NCBI RefSeq assembly: GCF_009914755.1
Contig: NC_060931.1
DNA from: the human T2T-CHM13v2.0 reference genome, Homo sapiens
Direction: 5' to 3' (one strand)
Length of the DNA stretch: 64,000 nucleotides
Shown: positions 43,006-60,267 of the stretch, piece by piece
How positions within the stretch are numbered: position 1 is the stretch's first letter
How the letters are laid out: each line of letters starts with the position of its first letter
The notes under the pieces: generated by a model
The model's input: only the letters and a program-made list of their open reading frames with translations
Told to the model about the DNA's origin: nothing
The model's database searches: none
Position numbers and translations under genes: made by a program

Positions 43006-44047
43006 TAATGGTGAAAGAAGTAAATTTAATACATTTTCCTCTGGAGTCTGCAGATTTGAAGCTAATTCTAGCTATGTACAGGAGAACTGAAGGGAAGTCC
43101 ATGAATACTCTACTATTGTTTCACTAGCCCTTTCATATTAGTAAAACATTTTAGTCTACTTTGGCTAATATTTTAAAAATGTCTCTTTGGTTACCTAGAT
43201 TATTAATTAATTAAAACAGGTTTGATATTTTAATAATCAATAATTCTGAAATTCTTCATACCTTAGAAACTAATTGTGTTGTGGTGTCCCTATAGATCCA
43301 AGATTTTATTTCTGTGTTCACTGTTTTTACAGAGAAGAAATATAAAACAATAAATCTCATAAATGTGTTAGCTTCCCTTCCTTGAGACCTATTAGAGAAA
43401 ATAAAGAAAATCCATGTGCTTTTCTGTCTATGAAGTCCAATTTTAAATTATAGTAGAAATAAAACAGACAAAGGATTTGGATGAATTTGAGTTTTGTTGG
43501 TTAAACTGAAATATCACTCTTTGCATGTCTTGAGTTGTGCTGGTTAGTAAATCACAGTGCAAAGGTTGTTTGTAGGCCAATGGTTGTGACCATTAATTTT
43601 TGTGTACTTTTCCCAAAGCTTTCTTAAAACAGCTATATTAGTATTTTTTTTGTTTTGAAGAATAATATATCAGTGCCTATCCTAACCCGATTTCCACTAC
43701 CTGAGACCTAAAAGACATATTGCCCAATGACTTCACGCTCAAAGTACAATGATATTATTATTATTAAATTCATAAATTGCTCAGAGAGTTCATAGCAATA
43801 GAAATAGGAAGAATTACATCTCTAAATGATGGATTTTTAAACACTAGCACCTGGGTGGCTACTCTTATCCACCACAGGGCCACTCAAGTCATTTCATACA
43901 GACAACCTTCTCTCAAATGAGGTGTAAAGAAAGACTAGGAAACATAGTTTTATGACTATTGCTTGCTTTCAAAGAGGGCCACATGATAGAAGAGGCTGTG
44001 TTACATTCCTTCCTGTGTAAAAAATTTATCCTTGTTTGTCTTCTTAG

Positions 44048-44150
44048 GTTTGAAGAAGAACTGACCAGCAAGTGGTTATATCTTTTTGAAGGCAGTGGAG
44101 TCCCGTATGGCCCAATCAACAACATGAAGAATGTATTTGCAGAACCTCAG
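44048..44150 (+). CDS. SUGCT: SUGCT internal coding exon (103 nt, phase 2 to phase 0)
   Basis: Acceptor cttgtttgtcttcttag|G, donor CAG|GTTTGT. The first G completes the Arg codon CG|G, then [34 protein letters not shown], with the GVPxGPIN motif typical of family III CoA-transferases. Lies within ORF 43959..44162. Confidence 0.95.
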
Positions 44151-44500
44151 GTTTGTTTTTGAAGTTTAACAACGCCTCTGTTTTCTGTCCAGATTGACTT
44201 ATATCAAGGTACCTTTGCCATTGATCGCAAGCTTAAGTCACATGATGTGAATTTTCACCATCATATTAAAATTGTTTGTGGGTCTGAGATAAAAAGAACC
44301 AGAACTTAGAAGTGCCTGTCCATAAGCATACTTATGTCTCTGTTAGATTTAATATACTGTATTTCTTCATCAGCCACTACATGAAGTTTCTGTGGCCAGG
44401 GTATTTAATTTTCCTGAAAAACAGAAATATACACAATTGAGATATTGGGGTTGGGTACTCAGAGACTATTCTTTGTAGGAAGAAATATGAGAACTTTCAT

Positions 44501-44615
44501 ACCTCTGATCATATGATTATCTTAAACCTCTGATCATATGATTATCTTAAACCTCTGATCATATGATTATACCTCTGATCATATGATTATCTCTCTGATC
44601 ATATGATTATCTTAA
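44501..44615. repeat. Minisatellite, 5 units of 20/25 bp with palindromic core
   Basis: acctctgatcatatgattat(cttaa) at 44501, 44526, 44551, 44571 and 44591. Confidence 0.95.
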
Positions 44616-47600
44616 AATGTACAGAGCAAGTCATATTTAATTCTGCAGATGAGAGGACTTTGTTTGCTTTGATGAATATGTGTTATTTGTAAGGCATAAA
44701 TTTTACACAGATAGATATTTGTGCTCTACGTTGCTTATCAGGCTCCTTTTTGGGCTCCAGGAACAGGGTCACCTGAAAATATATTTACTTTATAACATTG
44801 TTCAAGTGATTATTTTTAGATTATGTGAAAATAATGTTTTGATTTTATTACTTCAATCAAAAAACTACAAGCAATTTACCATTTCTCAAATTCATCCATC
44901 GATCCCCAAAAGTACAGGGAGTCCATTTTAAAGCTTTCACTATGATTATTCAACTGTCTTGTCAGTTTCCAAAATTCAAAACCATGGGGTATATTTTCTT
45001 GGGTTCTTTATATTTATATCGTGGCAGGTTTTTCTTAGAAATAAATTACTGAGCATAGAATACACCTTTTGAGGGAGGAGACCTTTGTTGGAAAACCTTT
45101 GGTGCCTTTTATCTTACATGAATATCTGCTTAAAAGAAAATTGAAATATTTTAAATTTAATGGTTACTACATTTACTGGAGAAAAAAAGTGAATGAATTC
45201 AGGAATTCTGCTTGTGCTATTTTTTCGGCCAAGATTGTGAATATCTCAAGGCTTTGTTCATGTTAAAACTTTGGTCAATAATGGTCAATAAGTATTTGAG
45301 ATAAAGGGGCCCATTTGGTGTGTACTATGTGAATTCATCTGAAAGGGACCCCACACCATCAGTGGATTAATGCCTGGTGATTCTTTACAAGGAGGTAGCA
45401 TTGTGCATACTCTGAATATAGTAGACCAGGGGACTGTTTTTCTCACTTTATAACTTTGAGTGAGGCCAAGCCATCATTTGAAGCTGTCGTGTATTGAGGT
45501 GTACGTAGAACTTCATGTTTACCTCAGTTTGAGGGTACATTTTTCTGGAGATATTTCCTAAGAGTTTTTCCATCAGCATTTCTATTGCTCCATCTGTGTT
45601 TTATTAGAGATGAAGGCACCAAAGCAAAGAGTTATTTTTAAATAATTATATTATTTAAAAATATATTAAGTATATTCTAACACTACCTATTTTTTAGGCT
45701 TTGATAAACAAAGATTTATAATCCCACCCACTATCTTAAAATAATTCACTTTATTGGCTAGCTCAAAGTGAATATAGGATAATTAGGATTTTTATAACTA
45801 ATTTTCTCTTGTGGTTCAATGTAATTACTTTAATCTTTGTATCTCAATTCTTCTGGAACTACAAAAATTTTTGTTATTGGTCTATGGCATATTTTCAGTC
45901 ATTAGCCAGTTTCCAAAATGGAGAAAATTTATATTACCTAAGTCAACGTACAAGCTTTTCATACTATTACAAATGTCTCTACAAACTGCCCTGTGTGTAA
46001 ATTTGTGTAAAACAGATTATTTTTGAAAACCCTCCAGATGACATCTAACTGTGATGACTTAGTTCATTCATTTATTCAACAAACTTATGATATATCCAGT
46101 GCTTGTGACTTAGCAGAAACTCAGTACACAATGTGTACCTGCTATTTAAGTCCATTTTGAATTTATTTATTAGAAAGGTAGGGGTTAATGAGTTGTTTAA
46201 CTCTGGAATGTGCAAGTTTTCCAAATAATCAAGTTGCTCCTCTGCAGTCCCCCCTCCCCTTTTTAAAATCCTCCCCACCAGAACTATCATCCTGTGTACT
46301 CCTGAGTGAGGCTGACAAGCTCTATCTTCAGGGCTGGTTGTAAAACCCTTGGTGATCTGAGGGAACTCAGTGTAACATAATGGTTAAGACCATGGAGTCA
46401 AAATTGGTGGGCAGTTTATTATAAACTTCTAGACTTTAGTTTCCTTAAGTGTAAAATGGTGAAATAGCATCTGAGATACTGTTTATGAAGGGAACAGCAC
46501 AAGGATTGCAGGATGGTAAACAGCCAATGCCTAGTAGTAGCTGTGGTTATGATGGTGCCCTTTAAGGTTATATTCTTGTTTAACTTCTTTTACTTACCTT
46601 TGTGTAGTGGATAGAGGAAAATCCAGTGTAGCTTTGGGGATGGGGATCATTAAGTTAAGCTTGCACTCTACTATCCTTTTATAAAAATATATCTGCAAAA
46701 TCTATGCCAAGAAGAGAAGTTCCCTTCCTCATTTCTGATGATTGAAAATCCTTTTATTTTTCATTTTCCGTAAAAGTTTTTTCTAAGTATGATTTCCGTT
46801 TAAGGTATCCTCCCTTGTTTTGCCTCTGATGAGCTGCAGAATTTCTTGGCGCTTGGTGCATGGAAACGGCCACTTCTGTTCAGATGTGGGAACGCACCAC
46901 TGGCGCGTGTGGCCCACTCTCCATGTGCGCTGTGCCAGCACAGCTGCTAGTTCAACTGGAAATTGCTTTGGGTGAAGTACAAGGCCTGGAACATGGCGTC
47001 GGAATGGAGACTTTGATAAAGTGAAAAGGGGTATGTCTAACAACAACAACAAAAGCCAGGATTGGGAGACTCAGTAACGGCAGAAAAATTTGAGTGCCTA
47101 CTTCTCAAGTAGACCATTTACAGCATTTCATTTGTGGTTTGAACTTGGAGACAACAAAAATTTACTTGATGGTAGAAACTATTTCTAGCCTAACAATTTC
47201 ATCATAGTCTCATGGATTGAGGTAACTTGATTTTTCGATTCAATCAAAACAACAGATGATATTTTTTTTTCATGGATAAATGAGAGATTGTCTACCTTTT
47301 ATCCTCTGATTATATGTGACAGACCTTTGCACAGTTAAAGTGATCCTGCAGGCATACACTGTTAAGTCAATCAAGAATACTGCAGGCTGGTTGGAGGGGG
47401 ATTGGTCTGCATTTACTGAAAGTTCTGAGGAGTTTTTATTCAAAACCCTTAGAGTGGGAGTTTTATTGTCTTTCTCAATGACAAATTATCTGTGGAAAGC
47501 TCTGTGCATTATAGATGTATAATATAGATTATCTGCATATAGATTTTAATAGCCAGTCATTTTTCCAAGTGCTTTCTTAAAATATCTTCTTTTAATCAAG

Positions 47601-48642
47601 CCAAGATTGTGCAGTACATTAAAGGAATTCTTAAAAAGTTTCAAAAACTTACTAGATGACCTCAGTATGGTCCTATTTAACATACCCTTGGGAACATGTG
47701 CATGAAATACATTGTGGTTTGAGGGTTTCCAACTGAAACACACTTAAAAGAAAATACAGCTTTTAATAGAAACTATTCAAATTCCTGCAAACATAGGTAT
47801 ATATCTCACCACTGAGAGGGATTAAAAGCATCATTGTCTACGTTGAGAATGAAAAGGGAATGTGCCATTCTGCTTTCAGGCTTTGCTTAAGACTTTTTAC
47901 TTGGTGATTCCAGCATATCACCATCTTTGATTAAACTGCTCAATTAAAAACTATGAGTGATTGAAGCCTCTGATTAGTGTTTTTCTTTGTCATGGATGCC
48001 ATGACCTGAGGGTAGGGAAGAGAGGGCACAGGGTGTCACAAACCTGGTGTTATTTAATAGAGTCTTCACATTTGTACCACACAAGTCGAATATATCAGGT
48101 GTAAGACATCACCCTGAAGCATCACTTCTGAGAACTATTGGGAGGAAAATATCAGAACTATTGAAATATCACAGCTGGCCCTGATTTTAACTAGTGCCAA
48201 ACACCTGCAGGCTCTAAAAGGATACCAAAACAAAACCCCACCCTGTGGCAGCAAGCCATCCCTTAACAACCCTTTCTTAACTTTGCATCACCATCAAAAT
48301 TAATTTAACATTTTCTCCAGAAACCTTATTCTTCCTGTCCCAGAAGGCCATTACAACCCCTTTAGCAAATCTTTTGTATGGGATGAATATGTCATAGAAA
48401 CAGAGTGAAGTCTTGAAATATTTGATGGCTGAAAATTGTCTGTTTTCATCTCATTATTTGTATAAGCTTTTGAAATTGGAGAGTTTATTAATCTCTAGAC
48501 TAGCTCATATTATCTGAGTGATTTTGTTTTAGCACATTTTGGCAAAATATCTGAGCATCTTATTTTTTAAAAAAGGCCAATGTTCATATAGCAAACATCA
48601 GAAGCACCCCCAAAATACAGTTATTTTTCAAGACCTTTCTAT

Positions 48643-48714
48643 CACACACACACACAGACACGCACACACACAAACACATACACATACACATACACACAAA
48701 CACACCCACACTCA
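48643..48714. repeat. Imperfect (CA)n microsatellite
   Basis: Read directly. Confidence 0.9.
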
Positions 48715-49394
48715 CTTCTGATGCATTTTAAAGATCACCTTTCAAATGACATTAGTTAATATTTCTTGAAATGCAGTTTCATAGCCCTCAGAGGGTTATA
48801 CAAGTCAAGCAAAATTATATTCTTGTTTCTAATACTGCTGGGAAATACATATATACAGTGGTCTTTGCAACTGGAAAACTGTTGGTAAAGATCTGATGTA
48901 AAATAGTAGGTCTGGAAATAATTCCTAGCAGGCAAGGAGATAAAAACATAAATTTTATGTGTGTCTCTGAATATACATGACACATTCAACTGATGTACAA
49001 ATTTAGATACATCATATTATTTGTGTATTTGTTTTATCATCCCTGGGTGTAATATTTTAAGTATTTGAAGAAATAATGTATTTTTGATGTAGGTGATTAA
49101 ATAAAATAAAAATGGAGAGTTTAAGCTCCCAGTTTTTTATTAATATATAAAGTATGAGGCAATAGTGTACAGTTTTATCTTGAGTTGAGAAAATTATCGT
49201 ATTGCAAAAAACTTCCTGTGTTATTATTTAAGAGGAAATGTTAAAATGTCGAATAAGAATCAAGGACTTAGTATAACATTACGGGCATTTTATGTTCTTT
49301 TTCTTCTATATACCTACAAAATTTGGACACATTTTTTATGGACACAATGTCTTTAAGCTATAACACACAGGGACATAGGAGATCATAATCATTT

Positions 49395-49445
49395 CTTCAT
49401 TCAGTCATCCCTTCCTTCATTCAATCATCCCTTCCTTCATTCAGT
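49395..49445. repeat. 20-bp tandem repeat (2.5 copies) at an L2 tail
   Basis: cttcattcagtcatcccttc / cttcattcaatcatcccttc / cttcattcagt. Confidence 0.85.
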
Positions 49446-50198
49446 AAACCATCATTGACATCCACTATGTGTATGGTCTTGTGTTTGGTATTTGGCAAGG
49501 AATGGTACGATGGTAGAAAATGAATCAAGAGGACAAAGCTGTCAAAATTTCAAGGACTTTGCAGTTTAGGTTAAGGTAGAAAGTGTTCAGTGTCACAGAA
49601 GGGTTACCCATAAATGCTCTGAGCATTTCTAATAGCAAGAAATAACAGGCATAAAACTTGGGGTTTTCTTGTTTAATGATGTAACAAAAGTTTAAAATCT
49701 GACAAAAAAAATTTAAAATGTCTTAAGCATATTTGCCCCAGAACTCTTTATCCTTTCAAATGCCTGTTGTAATTAGTTTATTCTATTATTAATAAATTTC
49801 TTCTTAATGACTAAGAAGAAGATAATGGAGGGTTTCAGCTTTTACTATTTAGTAATTTTGAAATTATTTGTGACCTTGATACATAAAATATATTTTGATG
49901 TCTTATAACATTATTCTTTCTCTGTTTCTCGCTCTTTCTCTAGCATGTGCTATAGTTTATTCATCAAGCTCCACATATGTACTTTATGTTTTCTGAACAC
50001 TTCTATAATATTTCAGAGTGGAAATATATAGTACAATCATTGACTTTTACTAAACTTTGAACTTGCAAGCCAAAGACATAATTGTTTTAATGTGTAAAAA
50101 ATTAAAATCAAGAAAACTGAATTATACTATTTGGGGGCATTTTGCAACCCAGAATAAAGAGTAATTAGTACCAGCTAATTTTTGAAAGCAGTTTAGCA

Positions 50199-50530
50199 CA
50201 GTGCTTTACAATAAAAATCTAATGCAAGCCATATTTATGATTTAAATTGTGTAATGGGCAAATTTTAAAAATAAAATAGCAAAATTAATTCAATATTAAA
50301 TTAATAGCAAAATGTATAATTTTAATTATATATTTTATTTAACTTAAAATATTCAAAATATAAATGCAATTAAAATTAAAGGAGAACATTAATGAAACAT
50401 TTTAAATGTTGTGCTAAGTCTTTGAAATCCATTGTGCATTTTATGCTTATAGCACTTGTTGCAGACTAGTCTCATTTCATGTACTCAGTAGCCATATGTG
50501 GCTATTGGCTGCAATGTTGGCGGGATCAAG
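50199..50530. mobile_element. MER33 (hAT-Charlie)
   Basis: cagtgctttacaataaaaatctaatgcaagcca...ctaagtctttgaaatcc...gtagccatatgtggctattggc. Confidence 0.75.
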
Positions 50531-50799
50531 CTAGCCAATTATAAAAATATGTGGGAGTTTGTTCTTCACTTTATTCTCCAGCTTTCCTCACTTTTTAGTT
50601 ATTTTAATTTTCATTTGTTAGCCTCCAACTAAATTTAACATATAATTTTAGACTTAATATCATCATAGTATTTGCTTTGAAGGCATAAGAATTTCGTATT
50701 TTAAAAGTCCTATATGGAGTACGTAATTAGCATGCATTCTACTACCCGTTTCTTTTTGGCAACCTCCTAAATTTGTATTGGAAGGAAAAGCTTTTACTC

Positions 50800-52020
50800 A
50801 AACAAATGATTTCTATAGTAACAAAATGAAAACAGGTAATAAGTTAGCAACTATCTTTTCTCATACAAATAATGTCAGATTTTAGGGCTTTCAGGCTTGG
50901 TTTTTTTGAGGGAGTTGAAAAGAAAAATCCGAGGCCTAGATACAGAAAACTATCAATATTAACCTTGATTGAGAGACATAAAAGGTTTGAATATATGTAG
51001 AGACGTAGTCATTCATGGCTGCAAACACTGAATATTGTTAAGGTATCAATTATTCCCAGATTACTTATCGCTTTAATATAATTGCAATCAAAGTCCTGTT
51101 AGAATATTTTTCTGAAATTTTTTAGCAAGTGGTTTTTCAAGTCTACCATAAAAAACATGTGGACGAGAATAGCAAATATTTTGTATGTTTAAATATAAGT
51201 AATGAGAAGGAAGCAAGCATTATCATACATAATTAAATATATTCCAAAACCACAATAATGGGGCTAGCAAAAAATAAAGAGATAGATCAATGAAACATAA
51301 AGAAAAACTTTAAAACATGCATAGAGATTTGGCATGTGATAAAAATAGCATGACAAATAAGAGGAGAAAGGGAGACATTTTCTGTTTGAAATAACGGAAA
51401 TTAACTGTTACTTTTCTCTTAAGATTATATCTATGCTTTATGCCCAGATAATAGAGGTTTCAGAGTTTACTGTAGACTATTTTTAATTAAAAGAAAGTAT
51501 TCATGAAAATCAGTTAGATTTTAAGAAAAGGAAAGGTTTTCTAAGCATCAATGCAATAGCAGATGTCAGAAAGAAAAGAAATCGATAAATTTGGTTAGTA
51601 AAAGTGAAAACCTGTAAAGTACATATCGGTATGATAAAAATACAAAGTTTAGTTACAGAGCAATATTAAGTTATTGCAATAAATATGACCGAATGCTGTT
51701 ATAACATAAATATCTTAAGAGCTCTTAGAAACAATAGAAAACACTAAAATTTCCAAGAGAATAATGGGCAGAAGACATAAGATGCCACTTTGTACAAACT
51801 CAGAAAATCCAAAGAATCAATAAACATAAAATGAAGGTCAGCTTTGCTAACCGTAAATGGAAAGATACGTTCGTCAAAGAGTACAAACTTTCAAATATAA
51901 AACTTTTCATTTATAAAGGTACTTATAACATGAGTAAGTTCTGGAGACTTAAAGTACAGTATAGTGACTATAGTTAAGGAAAATGTATTTTCTACTTCAA
52001 ATTTGTTGGGAGAATAGACC
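50800..52020 (+). mobile_element. Old L1 ORF2 remnant plus L1M 3' end piece
   Basis: aatattgttaaggtatcaatt, gatagatcaatgaaac, and gagtaagttctggagac...gtgactatagttaa. Confidence 0.55.
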
Positions 52021-52218
52021 TTCTTCTTTTTTAAAAAACAAACAAACAAACAAACAAACAAGGTTTTGCTCTGTTTCCCAGGCTGTACTGCCTGGATAAT
52101 TTTGTTTATTTTTTGTAGAAATGAGATCTCACTATGTTGCCCAGGCTGGTCTCAGCCTCTGGCCTCTGCCTATGCTCCTGCCTCAGCCTTCCAAAGTGCT
52201 GGGATTATGTACCTGGCC
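52021..52218 (-). mobile_element. Internally deleted AluJ-like element
   Basis: Partial Alu; agaataga repeated at 52011-52018 and 52220-52227. Confidence 0.75.
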
Positions 52219-52227
52219 AAGAATAGA

Positions 52228-56550
<4,323 letters not shown>

Positions 56551-58369
56551 TTTCAAAAGTCCTGTCCTGCACACTTTACCCTGCCTCTTTCCAAGATAAC
56601 CCAAATGTATCTTTACCCTATCAGAATAAATGTGCTAAATTTATTTTACTCTGAGCTTGGTGCTTATTCTCTTTCCAGTTATTTCCTACACCCTCAAGAA
56701 TGTCTGACTGTGCCCTGCTGTGGTGTTCAGCCTCCTTGCCCTGACCTTGCTAGCTGTGATCTCCTATCTCGCTTTTTTTTTTGAAAGAAAAGTGTGGACG
56801 TTTTACAGTAGTGTGTTTGGAGTAATCTCCCAAAGAACACATGGGCCAGAATCATCCTGGAGCTTTGTTAAAATTTATGTTTCTGGACTAACAAAGTCCG
56901 TTGATTTCTAGTATCTTTCATAGGGCTTAGGAATTGGCATAAGTAGATTGCCAGAAATTATTCTGGTATAAACTATGTGATTCATAAGCAACTTTATACA
57001 GTCATATTCTCAAGTTTTTCTCTCATGATCTCCCTGGTTATTTCCAGTTTTTAGGGATACCTTTTTTTTGGTCCTTTGGCCAAAATACTATGACTTTCAT
57101 TACCCTAATCTACTGTGCACTTCCGCAGCCACACTGTCTTTGGGGCTATGTGGCAGGAGATCACAAAGGGAAAAAGACCAATGGTATTTGGCTGTACCCT
57201 TTGGAAACTGTCATTTCTTTAAACCTAGAGGAATGTTTCCTTTCTTAGGGTTTTGTCTTTTGTTCACTCCCATTCCCTCTTTTGTCACTGCTGCTGTTAC
57301 CATTGTCAGCAGAGGATTGCCTGAAGTCCAGCGGGTAGGCAAATGAACAAAATAATTTTTTTTTAATTGAGGGTTTTTTTTACATTCTCTCTGAGTGTTT
57401 TGCATTCCCTTTCCTATAAGCCAGAACTAAAAGGCTTCTCCTGGGCTTTTTCTTTCCGTCTGCTTTTCAGGGCTCACTTCTTTGTTTGTTGTGTGTTGAG
57501 TTCAGACCAGGGGATACAGGAGTAAAAAAGTTAATCATGTTACCACTTGTTTGCTGGTATTTGAATTCTGTTCTTCTTCCTCAGTCCATCTGCTGCTATT
57601 TACTTTTGAATCCTCAAATAGCTGCTCCTTGTATTCTGTCCAGGATTTAGAGCTGTGTTCAGTGGGAGAGATGGTGTAGAGTTATTGCTCCATTGTACCC
57701 GCAACCTGAATGTTCCAACTTTAAAGCAACATTTTCTTACTATTTTTGAAAAAAGTTTTTTGATCATTTGCTTGAAGAGAATCCTGACATAGTTGTTAAG
57801 TTGAAGTGCTCTAAAAGTTTAGATATTTTGTAAGTACTTATTCATGGGAATTTGAATTTTCATAGTATATATAATTCAAGCTATGGAAATATATTGTATA
57901 AAATAATAAATAACCAGAATTATAAAACATTATTTATTATATTGATTATAAGGTAAGCGAATGTTATAGTTTTGGAAATGTATATAGATATATTTAATAA
58001 TACTGTATTGCTTTTTAATTACATATATAATTCTGTTTTTTTATTAAAATAAAATGATTTTGTTGAAAAGACAGAGAAAATCTGATATAGAGGAATGAAT
58101 GGTTAGCTTGTTCTTAAACTACTTTCCTTAAATATCATTTTTCTATATAAGGCATTTGATAGTTATCTAGCACTTATTCCGTGTTCTCTGGTAAACACAG
58201 TGTTTTGGAGTGTGAGGGAAACCAGAATTTTCAGAAAGAGAGATAAAGTATCAGAGTCTGCATTGGTCGGGGTGAGGGAGGAAAAAGAAATCTTGTTTTT
58301 TGGTATCTGAGCAGTACTAAATAATCTGTCCCATACTTTACCTCAAATATAATATAATCCTGGAACGTC

Positions 58370-59440
58370 TTGTGGTTCTATTAAGTAAGGAAGTTTTCAC
58401 AAAATGATAGGAACATGACAGAAGTACAAAGAGGCAACGTTAAGCGTTTTCAACAGCCACTTTGGGACCATTTTTGTTACAAAATTATATTAATGGATTA
58501 TACTTTTCGGAATAAAATAAGTATTCATGAGGTCGTACAAAAATAAGTAAATGGTTGAATAAATAAATAAATAAATGTGAAATGTAGAATTTCAATTAAT
58601 AAACTTAGAAGGCAGAAGAGAAATAGAAGGTTACCCTTAGGTAAACACCACAGTAATAATTGTTGTGGGAAAAAGGACCATTGGTGGATGCCTCAGAGTC
58701 ACCTGGGAAACTTTTCCAATATACAGATTCCAGAGCTCCAGGAAGAGAAAACACAGGTTTAGGATGGAGTTAGGGATATCTGAAGTTTTAAAAGATTCTG
58801 CAAGGATTTCATTCTAGAACTACAGAATATTTTAGATAGAGTGCTGTTGCTGTGTACATAGTTTTCACAGTTAGACATAGTATTTTTCCATCATCGTCAT
58901 TACAGAGGAAAAAGTAATAACCTTACTGTGGAAGAATCTTATAGACATCAGCTTAACCAAGTCATCATACATCCCGAGAGCGAACTTCCATATCATGTAC
59001 CCCTTGGTATCATGTATAATCTCAATTTCCTGCCCGAAATGCATGGCTTCAATCTAATTGTGGGAAAACATCTGGCCAACTTAAACTTAGGGACCATTGT
59101 CCCTAAGCTGACCAGTATTCTTCAGAAGCATCAAGGTTATGGAAGACAAAGCCTGAAGAACAGTTTCAGACTGGAGAAGGCTGAACGACATGACACTTGT
59201 ATGCTGTGTGGGATCCTAGATTGCCTCCTAACCCAGAGAAGAGAACATTACTGGGTCACTTGACAAAATTCAAACTAAGTCTGCAGGTTAGTTAATAGCC
59301 CTGTATCCATTTTAATTTTTTGGTTTTGATAATTTTACCATGATTAGGTAAGATGTTAATAGTAGAAGTTGAGATGGGAGTATGTGAAAACTTCACTTTA
59401 CAACTTTTTTGCAAGTCTGAATTTATTTTAAATAAAAAGC
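58370..59440 (+). mobile_element. Ancient L1 (MC/MD/ME-type) 3' UTR, interrupted by a templated insertion
   Basis: aaacaccacagtaataattgttg...agacatcagcttaaccaag...gatcctagattg...gtaagatgttaa...ttgcaagtctgaatttattttaaataaaa. Confidence 0.7.
58689..58877 (+). repeat. Copy A of a 189-bp direct duplication
   Basis: ~90% identical, ungapped, to 60079-60267. Confidence 0.95.
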
Positions 59441-60078
59441 AAAAATAACACAAAACAAATTTCATTTCAAATATCTCACATTACATAAATGCAAAGACAA
59501 AGAGCCTTGAATTTTTAAAAAATGTTAAAGCGTATAATGGCAAAGGGGGAGCCCTATATATGCCATGGTTTTCATTTTTGTCTCATTTCACACTTATTGA
59601 TTACAATAATCCTCCTTTTCTTGTTCCAAAAACATGAAAGAATGAGTAGTATAAAGCCTGAAATATTATTAATATTTCTTCATCATACTTGAGATTTTAT
59701 TTTTGATGCCTGAGGACCACTAAGACAGCTACACACTCAATCAAATGTTCAAATCAAATCTATTCTCCACACAATTGTAGTTGATCCCTTGTCAAGAATT
59801 TAAATGAAAGATAATTTAAATTCATTTTTCTTTACAAAACAGATTTTTGCTAATTTACAAAATGTAATTAAATGTTACCAGAATGCAGTTACTCCTGGAA
59901 GTACTTCTCTACAGATTCTCAGTTTTGCAAAATAGACATGTCTCATTTAACTTTTTTGAAAAATGGTGTATCACCAAAATTGGTTTCAGATGCTGTCCAA
60001 TTCCTAGTGGTACACTGAAGTGTCAATACTTGTTCTAAGACCTTCTATATCATGAGGTGGAGGTTCTCAAATACATTG

Positions 60079-60267
60079 TGCCTCAGTGTCACCTGGGAAA
60101 CTTTCCCAATATACATATCCCAGAGCTCCAGCAAGAAGAAACACAAGTTTAAGATGGAGTTATGGATATCTGAATTTTTAAAAGATTCTGCAAGGATTCC
60201 ATTCTAGAACCATAGAATACTTTAGATAGAGTGCTGTGGCTGTGTACATGTTTTACACAGTTAGACA
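60079..60267 (+). repeat. Copy B of the 189-bp direct duplication (MER5-like plus MIR start)
   Basis: See copy A; continuous with upstream ggttctcaaa (MER5-like) and the downstream MIR. Confidence 0.95.

Noticed and set aside
43959-44162. 67-aa ORF as a standalone gene
   Set aside because: It is the SUGCT exon read together with flanking intron; splice sites delimit 44048-44150.
44501-44615. CRISPR-like array of palindromic repeats
   Set aside because: Units are head-to-tail without unique spacers, in a eukaryotic intron with no cas genes.
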